DNA of 64,000 nucleotides. Origin: Bordetella parapertussis (GTDB lineage: Bacteria; Pseudomonadota; Gammaproteobacteria; Burkholderiales; SG8-39). How positions within the stretch are numbered: position 1 is the stretch's first letter; each line of letters starts with the position of its first letter. The stretch spans positions 3,754-67,753 of the forward strand of contig CAMAWC010000003.1 of the NCBI GenBank assembly GCA_945861875.1, in the 5' to 3' direction. Below, in pieces: positions 58,403 through 64,000 of the stretch. The notes under the pieces were generated by a model. It saw nothing but the letters and a program-made list of their open reading frames with translations. It searched no databases and was not told the DNA's origin. Both the position numbers and the translations under genes were made by a program.

Positions 58403-59551
58403 ATGACCGAGCTTTTCGAGTCCAAAACCTATCGCGCGCTTCGCAAACCGCTGCTTGATGCCGAGACCCTGCCGCCGGAGTGCTACACCTCGGCGGAGTT
58501 TCATCGCCGCGAGGTTGCCGAGATATTCCTGAAGAGCTGGAACCTCGTCGGTCGAACCGACTATGTGAAGAAAGCCGGTGACTATTTCACGCACACGGTG
58601 ACGGGCGTGTCCTTCATCGTAATTCGCGGCGACGACGGCCGCATCCGGGCCCTGGTCAACTCCTGCACGCATCGCGGGACAAAGTTGCTCGAAGGTGAGG
58701 GCAATTGCCGCACGATCCGCTGCCCCTATCACAGCTGGATGTTTGACCGGGACGGGGCGCTCAAAAGCGCGCCCTATATGCAGGACGTTCCGGGATTCTC
58801 CATGGGGGAAAATGGGCTCGTTGAAATCAGGCTGGAGGAGTGGTCGGGTTTCCTGTTCGTGAATTTTGACCCCGGGTGCGGCAAGCTGCGGGACTATCTT
58901 GGCGACCTGGATGCGTGGACGGAGTCCTACGAGTTTGGGCGCATGGTCACGGTCAAGCGCAAGGAGTTCGTGATCCGCGGAAACTGGAAAGGTTACGTGG
59001 AGAATTCCCTTGAGCACCTGCACCTGCCCACGGTGCATCAAAAGACCATCGGCGGCGTGCAGGCGATATGGGAGCCGGTTGATGGAACGCCGGGAAACTA
59101 TGTGATCCTGCGCTCGAAAACCGCCAATTCGCGTGCGACCCTTGGGAAGGATGTGGCATTTGACAGGATCGCCAGCCTGCGCGGACCGGCTGCTGAAGGG
59201 GCGCAGTACATATTGATTTATCCCTGCACCGTCATCGGGGCTGATCTGGATTGCATGTGGTTCAAGCAACTGCTGCCGGAAGGGCCCGATACGGTCCGGG
59301 TTGTCGCGGCGTTTTGCTTCACCCAGGAGGCGGTGGCAAGGCCGGATTTCGAACAGGTGGTGCAGAGTTATCACAAACGGTTCGATCTGGTGATGGGTGA
59401 GGACAACGATATCTCGGGCAAGCATCTGGCCGGGGTGGAAAATCCCCTGGCCCGCCCGGGACGCTTTTCCAGTCTGGAGCCGCTGGTCCACCGCATCGAT
59501 AACTGGATTGTCGACCGGGTGATCGGCCGCGGCGAAGGCGAAGCTAAGTAG
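58403..59551 (+). CDS. Rieske oxygenase alpha subunit 2
   Basis: CTH...CPYH; ENSLEHLHLPTVH; GEDN. Confidence 0.92.
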   Translation: MTELFESKTYRALRKPLLDAETLPPECYTSAEFHRREVAEIFLKSWNLVGRTDYVKKAGDYFTHTVTGVSFIVIRGDDGRIRALVNSCTHRGTKLLEGEGNCRTIRCPYHSWMFDRDGALKSAPYMQDVPGFSMGENGLVEIRLEEWSGFLFVNFDPGCGKLRDYLGDLDAWTESYEFGRMVTVKRKEFVIRGNWKGYVENSLEHLHLPTVHQKTIGGVQAIWEPVDGTPGNYVILRSKTANSRATLGKDVAFDRIASLRGPAAEGAQYILIYPCTVIGADLDCMWFKQLLPEGPDTVRVVAAFCFTQEAVARPDFEQVVQSYHKRFDLVMGEDNDISGKHLAGVENPLARPGRFSSLEPLVHRIDNWIVDRVIGRGEGEAK

Positions 59552-59612
59552 GCGAAGTAGCCGGGGTGCGCATCCGCGTGCCCGATGGCAATTGGCAGGA
59601 GGAAGCTAGGAT

Positions 59613-60905
59613 ATGGACAAGGGGCAAGGCACAAGTGGCAGTACCGCGCCGGGTGGCGCAGAGCAGCGCCGGCTTGAGGCGAACGCAGAGGCTTTCCGGC
59701 GGCTGTGCACCTCTGATCCGGTACTCCTGGATGTCAGGCCGGCCATTGAGGTTGTACCGGGATTTACCCGCGAAACAATTCTCACCTCCGGACCACTGCT
59801 GGCATGGGATGAATACACGGGGGGGCAGCGTTCGGCAATCATCGGCGGGGCATTGTTCGAGGGGCTGGCAAGCGATGCCCTGGATGCCGAGAAAAAGCTG
59901 GCGGCGGGGAGCATCCGGCTGCGTGGCTGCCAGGAACTGAAGTGCGTAGGCTCTCTTGCCGGGATCTACACCGCATCGATGCCGGTCTTTGTCGTCAGCA
60001 ACAAGGCTTTCGGCAATCTCGCCTACTGCAACATCTACGAGGGCACCAATCCGCGCAGGCTCAACTACGGCGTATATGACGATGGGGTGCGAGACCGGCT
60101 GCGTTACATCAGCGACATCATTGCTCCCGTTCTTGGCAGGGCGGTTCGTTCCGAGGGTGGCATACCGCTCAAATCCATCATGAGCCGCGCCCTGCACATG
60201 GGGGATGACCTGCACAGCAGGAATACCGCGGCTTCGCTGCTGTTTTCAAGGGAGATCTTTCCGGCGATGCTGGCGCTCGCGGTGACTGATTGCGATAGCG
60301 TCGACAAAGCCGTTCGCGCGATGACCGAGGATCACTATTTTTTCCTGCGCCTTTCCATGGCGGCGGCAAAGTCGATGGCGGACGCGGCGGCAGGAATCGA
60401 GGCATCAAGCATGGTTACCGCGATGGCATTCAATTGCCGCGGCTTCTCCATCCGGGTGAGCGGCCTGGGCGACGAGTGGTTTTCCGGTCCGCATGCGACG
60501 GTGCAGGCAACCTTATTCGCCGGACACACCCAGGACGAAATCACCTGGATGGGGGGCGAAAGCATCATTGCTGAAACGGTTGGCTTTGGCGGGTTTTCAC
60601 AGGCTGCCGCGTTCGCGCTGCAGAAGTACCAGGGCGGCTCTCCGGAAATGATGGTGGAGCGCAACCTCGCGCTTTACTCGATTACGATAGGCGAGAGTCC
60701 GGATTTCCAGATTCCATTCCTGCGTTATCGGGGCGCGCCGACGGGGATAGACATTTTCAAGGTTCTCGATACCGGCATATTGCCGGTGATGAACATCGGC
60801 GTCGCCGGGCGCGATGGCGGGCAGATTGGCGCCGGGATCGTGCAGGCGCCGAAGCCGTGTTTCGAGGCGGCGGCACAGGCTTACAGGAAACGATATGGAA
60901 CTTGA
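59613..60905 (+). CDS. DUF1116 family protein (YlbE/YahG, AllG-like)
   Basis: ILTSGP, AIIGGALFEG, ALHMGDDLHSRN.AA, HYFFL.LSMAAAK, G.SII.ET.GFGG, PTGID, GQIGAG motifs. Confidence 0.82.
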   Translation: MDKGQGTSGSTAPGGAEQRRLEANAEAFRRLCTSDPVLLDVRPAIEVVPGFTRETILTSGPLLAWDEYTGGQRSAIIGGALFEGLASDALDAEKKLAAGSIRLRGCQELKCVGSLAGIYTASMPVFVVSNKAFGNLAYCNIYEGTNPRRLNYGVYDDGVRDRLRYISDIIAPVLGRAVRSEGGIPLKSIMSRALHMGDDLHSRNTAASLLFSREIFPAMLALAVTDCDSVDKAVRAMTEDHYFFLRLSMAAAKSMADAAAGIEASSMVTAMAFNCRGFSIRVSGLGDEWFSGPHATVQATLFAGHTQDEITWMGGESIIAETVGFGGFSQAAAFALQKYQGGSPEMMVERNLALYSITIGESPDFQIPFLRYRGAPTGIDIFKVLDTGILPVMNIGVAGRDGGQIGAGIVQAPKPCFEAAAQAYRKRYGT

Positions 60906-61515
60906 GGGCAAGCGGGCGAGTTTGCTCAAGGAAATCATCGCCCCGGGCGGGACATGGGCCGGCGTGGTGAAACGCGGGCAGATCCTCAGGCTGACAGACC
61001 TTGAGGGAACGCAGGCGGTCGATTTTCTTTGCTATAACGCAAATGACACGCTGGAACGCTATTGCGCCGCCGATACCATCAAGATTGCGGGACAGATATT
61101 CATAGGCAAAGGATCTTTGCTGTATTCGGACATGGGGCGGGTACTGTTTACGGTGCTTGATGACACCTGCGGCAAACACGATTCCATCGGCGGTTGCTGC
61201 AGCCGCGAGAGCAACAAAGTCCGCTACGGCCTGGACGACGGGCCCAATTGCCGGGACAATTTCCTGCGTGCACTCAAGCCGTTCGGGCTTGGCAAACGCG
61301 ATATCGTCTCGAACCTGAATTTCTTCATGTATGTTCCCGTTGGGGACGCGGGTGAAATGGCGATCGTCGACGGACATTCCAGGGCCGGTGACTATGTTGA
61401 ATTGCGTGCGGAAATGGACGTCCTGTCGGTGCTGTCCAATTGCCCGCAAATGAACAATCCCGCGAACGGTTACAAGCTGACGCCGATATCGGTCGAGGTG
61501 CTTTACGCAGTTTGA
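60895..61515 (+). CDS. DUF1989 urea-carboxylase-associated protein (CgdB/UAAP2-like)
   Basis: LTDLEGTQAVD, HDSIGGCCS, NCRDNF, NLNFFMYVPV, AEMD...SNCPQMNNP; overlaps the DUF1116 stop. Confidence 0.87.
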   Translation: MELEGKRASLLKEIIAPGGTWAGVVKRGQILRLTDLEGTQAVDFLCYNANDTLERYCAADTIKIAGQIFIGKGSLLYSDMGRVLFTVLDDTCGKHDSIGGCCSRESNKVRYGLDDGPNCRDNFLRALKPFGLGKRDIVSNLNFFMYVPVGDAGEMAIVDGHSRAGDYVELRAEMDVLSVLSNCPQMNNPANGYKLTPISVEVLYAV

Positions 61516-61605
61516 TGGATAACAGACCCGATCCGCATGCCGCAACCAGCACGAACGGCCTTCAGGGCATCCGGCGGCGCCAATTCTTTGCCAAGGGGGT
61601 GTGAG

Positions 61606-62742
61606 ATGCTTACCGCAGCGCAATTTGATCCCGTAAGGAAGCCTCTGGATGAGGCCGAGACATTGCCGCCGTCGTGCTATCACTCGGAGGAGTTTTATGA
61701 CCTCGAGGTGCGCAATATTTTCCGCAAGCAGTGGATCCTCATGGGGCGTTCGGAAGAGTGGAAGGAGCAGGGCGCGTTCATCGCATATGAGCGGTTTGGC
61801 ATTCCGTTCTTTATCGTCAGGGACCAGTCCGGACGGCTGCGCGCATTTGCCAATAGTTGCAGGCATCGTGGTTCGCAGATAGTCAGCGGCTGTGGAAAAT
61901 TACAGACTTTTGTCTGTCCGTATCACAGCTGGGTTTATGGGCTCGACGGAAGCTTGCGCCGGGCGCCGGGCATGGAGGGCAATGCTGGGTTCGACTCATC
62001 CGAATACGGGCTTGCGGAGATCAGGCTCGAAACCTGGCTTGGTTTTGTGTTTGTAAACTTCAACCCTGACTGCGCACCGCTGTCGAACCAGCTCGGCGAT
62101 CTGGGCGACTACCTGAAACCCTACGATTTTGACAACGTGGTGACTGTTGGGCGTGACGAGTACGAAGTCAAGACAAACTGGAAGACCCTTGTCGAAAACT
62201 CGATGGAGTGGCTGCATCATCCGACGGTGCACAAGCAGTCGATTGCCGGCAAGGTGGCAACCATCCAGCGCAAGGTGGTTTATGGAAATCCGGGCGAATA
62301 CGTGATGATCCAGTCGCAGGCCAAGGGGGTGTCTCGGGCGACGCTCGACAACGAAAGCGGTTTCCCCCCTGTTTCCTCGCTGACCGGGGCAACCCGCGAC
62401 GGCTCACACTACGTTCTCATCCTCCCGTTCGCGATGCTCGGGTGCGACGTCGATTCTATTTGGTACAAGCAAATGATACCGGAGGGGCCGGGGCTTGTTC
62501 GAAACATCGCAACCTATTGCTTCCACAAGGAGACCATTGCGCGCCCGGATTTTGATCAGGTCTCTCCCAATTATTTCCGCCGGTTCCGCAAGGTCGTGAC
62601 CGAGGATAATGTGGCAATGGAGCGTCAGCAGGTCGGGCTGATGTCTCCCTTGGCAAAGCCCGGCCGTTATTCGGACCCGGAAATTCTGGTGCATCGTATC
62701 GACAACTGGGTTCTCGACAAGGTCTTTGCGCAAGATGGTTGA
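61606..62742 (+). CDS. Rieske oxygenase alpha subunit 3
   Basis: CRH...CPYH; ENSMEWLHHPTVH; TEDN. Confidence 0.92.
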   Translation: MLTAAQFDPVRKPLDEAETLPPSCYHSEEFYDLEVRNIFRKQWILMGRSEEWKEQGAFIAYERFGIPFFIVRDQSGRLRAFANSCRHRGSQIVSGCGKLQTFVCPYHSWVYGLDGSLRRAPGMEGNAGFDSSEYGLAEIRLETWLGFVFVNFNPDCAPLSNQLGDLGDYLKPYDFDNVVTVGRDEYEVKTNWKTLVENSMEWLHHPTVHKQSIAGKVATIQRKVVYGNPGEYVMIQSQAKGVSRATLDNESGFPPVSSLTGATRDGSHYVLILPFAMLGCDVDSIWYKQMIPEGPGLVRNIATYCFHKETIARPDFDQVSPNYFRRFRKVVTEDNVAMERQQVGLMSPLAKPGRYSDPEILVHRIDNWVLDKVFAQDG

Positions 62743-62910
62743 TCTGCCTTGCCCGGCACGGCTTGCGGGGATTGCCAATTGGCCGTTCCGGACCGCCCGG
62801 TGACGTGCGCGACAACAGCGTTGATGCAATGCGGATTTCGAGCAATGGACCTGCAGGAATATTTGAACTGATTCCAACCTACCCGGAAAAAACTACGGAG
62901 AATGATGATC

Positions 62911-63750
62911 ATGAAAAATGCAAAATCCCTGGTAAAGGCGCTCGTGGTTGCGCTTGCCCTGTTCGTCGCGCCGGGCGCGGCATTCTCACAGTCTGGTGAT
63001 ACATTCGAGAGGATTCTTCGCGACAAGAAAATAAAATTTGGCTATATCGTTTCGCCGCCCAGCGCCATCCGCGACCCGGCCAGCGGTGCGGTCTCCGGCT
63101 TTTACATCGATGCTGCGCGGGCACTGGCCGAGTTGATGCAGGTTGAAGCGGAATTTGTCGAAACCAGTTGGGCCAATTTTGCCTCGGCGCTGCAGGCGGG
63201 CCAATTCGACATTTCAATAGCGGCGACATTTGCAACTATACCGCGGGCGATGGCGGTGTCGTTTACGAATCCCATCAATTACCAGAGTTTCAGCGGGGTG
63301 GCGCGACGGGGCGACCAGCGATTCAAGAAGATGGCCGACCTCAACAAGGCGGAGGTGAAGGTGGCGGTGGTGCAGGGGAGCGCCGGTCATGAGTTTGCGC
63401 GTCAAAATCTGAAGCTGGCCAACATCATCGCGTTGGGAACCAGCAACCTTCAGCAACCGTTCCTTGAGGTAAGCGCAGGGCGGGCCGATGTCGCAATCCA
63501 GGACGAATCGCAAGTGCGCCGATATGTCCCCACGCACAAGGAGGTCGTGCCGCTTTTCGGGGGGACGGCTTTCAACACCCTGCCTCTGGCGTGGGCTGTC
63601 CGGCGCGGAGATCAAGCGCTGCTCGGTTTCCTTAACACGTCCATCACGTACATGATGACCTCCGGGCGCTGGGACGAGATTGCCGCGAAGTACGGGCCGA
63701 CCGGGCGGTACAAGGACGCACCGCAACTCGTTCCATTCGGCACGTTCTGA
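62911..63750 (+). CDS. Polar amino-acid ABC substrate-binding protein (family 3)
   Basis: Signal peptide; SGFYID, LQAGQFDI, T..RA..VSFT.P, GRAD, WAVRRGD motifs. Start may be 62902 or 62905. Confidence 0.88.
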   Translation: MKNAKSLVKALVVALALFVAPGAAFSQSGDTFERILRDKKIKFGYIVSPPSAIRDPASGAVSGFYIDAARALAELMQVEAEFVETSWANFASALQAGQFDISIAATFATIPRAMAVSFTNPINYQSFSGVARRGDQRFKKMADLNKAEVKVAVVQGSAGHEFARQNLKLANIIALGTSNLQQPFLEVSAGRADVAIQDESQVRRYVPTHKEVVPLFGGTAFNTLPLAWAVRRGDQALLGFLNTSITYMMTSGRWDEIAAKYGPTGRYKDAPQLVPFGTF

Positions 63751-63823
63751 GCATCAAAATGGCCGGGACGTTGCGGTATCTGCTTAGCCGGGCAATTCGG
63801 TCCGGTCATGGGAAGGGCGCCAA

Positions 63824-64000
63824 ATGAAGCTTATCAAGAGGGGTCTCATTCCGGCGCGCAAGGGTGCGGCGGCGGACTTGCGCAAGGGGCAGTCGATCCG
63901 TGTCATCAATACGCATGGGGCGCAGGTGGTTGACACGTGGGCTTTCTCCAGCGCGGACCCGCAGGAATTCATGTCAATGGAGCATAGTCGTGCGGGGATG
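63824..64000 (+). CDS. Second DUF1989 family protein (runs off the window)
   Basis: Manual translation MKLIKRGLIPARKGAAADLRKGQSIRVINTHGAQVVDTWAF...EFMSMEHSR. Not in the ORF track. Confidence 0.8.
   Translation, partial: MKLIKRGLIPARKGAAADLRKGQSIRVINTHGAQVVDTWAFSSADPQEFMSMEHSRAGM

Noticed and set aside
49819-62742. Direct assignment as the caffeine ndmABCDE cluster
   Set aside because: The similarity is only architectural. These Rieske proteins look CMO/CntA-like, all three keep their own Rieske ligands, and no NdmD-like reductase is present.
48250-64000. Guanidine riboswitch upstream of the DUF1989-containing operon
   Set aside because: I could not find the guanidine-I 3' motif or paired ACGR-loop hairpins by eye; an Infernal/Rfam scan would settle it.

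Overview
GC-rich bacterial chromosomal DNA, most likely from a Betaproteobacterium (inferred from ten Bug/TctC-type solute-binding proteins and the general gene content). The window is almost entirely catabolic and transport genes. I saw no rRNA, tRNA, CRISPR array, integrase or transposase. Four blocks: (1) 1-17 kb, mixed: FAD monooxygenase, FAH-family hydrolase, Hsp15, an orphan Mo-hydroxylase large subunit, gluconolactonase, ABC-F YbiT, a small envelope cluster with a DUF1214 pseudogene, and nitrobindin. (2) 17.4-32.9 kb, a minus-strand operon of hydrolases: alpha/beta hydrolase, cysteine hydrolase, three PuuE-like deacetylases, a triple-domain Rid protein, an amidase with an AtzG/GatC-sized partner, a Liv-type ABC transporter and two Bug proteins, with a clear sigma70 promoter, a palindromic operator and an adjacent XRE-cupin regulator. 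(3) 33-46.6 kb: esterase, 4-oxalomesaconate tautomerase-like, PcaD-like, a second orphan Mo-hydroxylase, five adjacent Bug genes and an MmgE/PrpD protein. (4) 46.7-64 kb, a block that looks less GC-rich by eye, lacks the REP repeats and runs off the right edge: amidase, GlnT/GMAS-like ligase, GST, NMT1-type ABC transporter, three CntA/choline-monooxygenase-like Rieske subunits, AllD-like dehydrogenase, TetR, DUF1116 and two DUF1989 genes. Blocks 4 and 2 are the best candidates for undescribed organic-nitrogen degradation pathways. Intergenic palindromic REP-like elements of three families occur between 1.5 and 41 kb. All product calls come from recognising motifs by eye; no database search was run.
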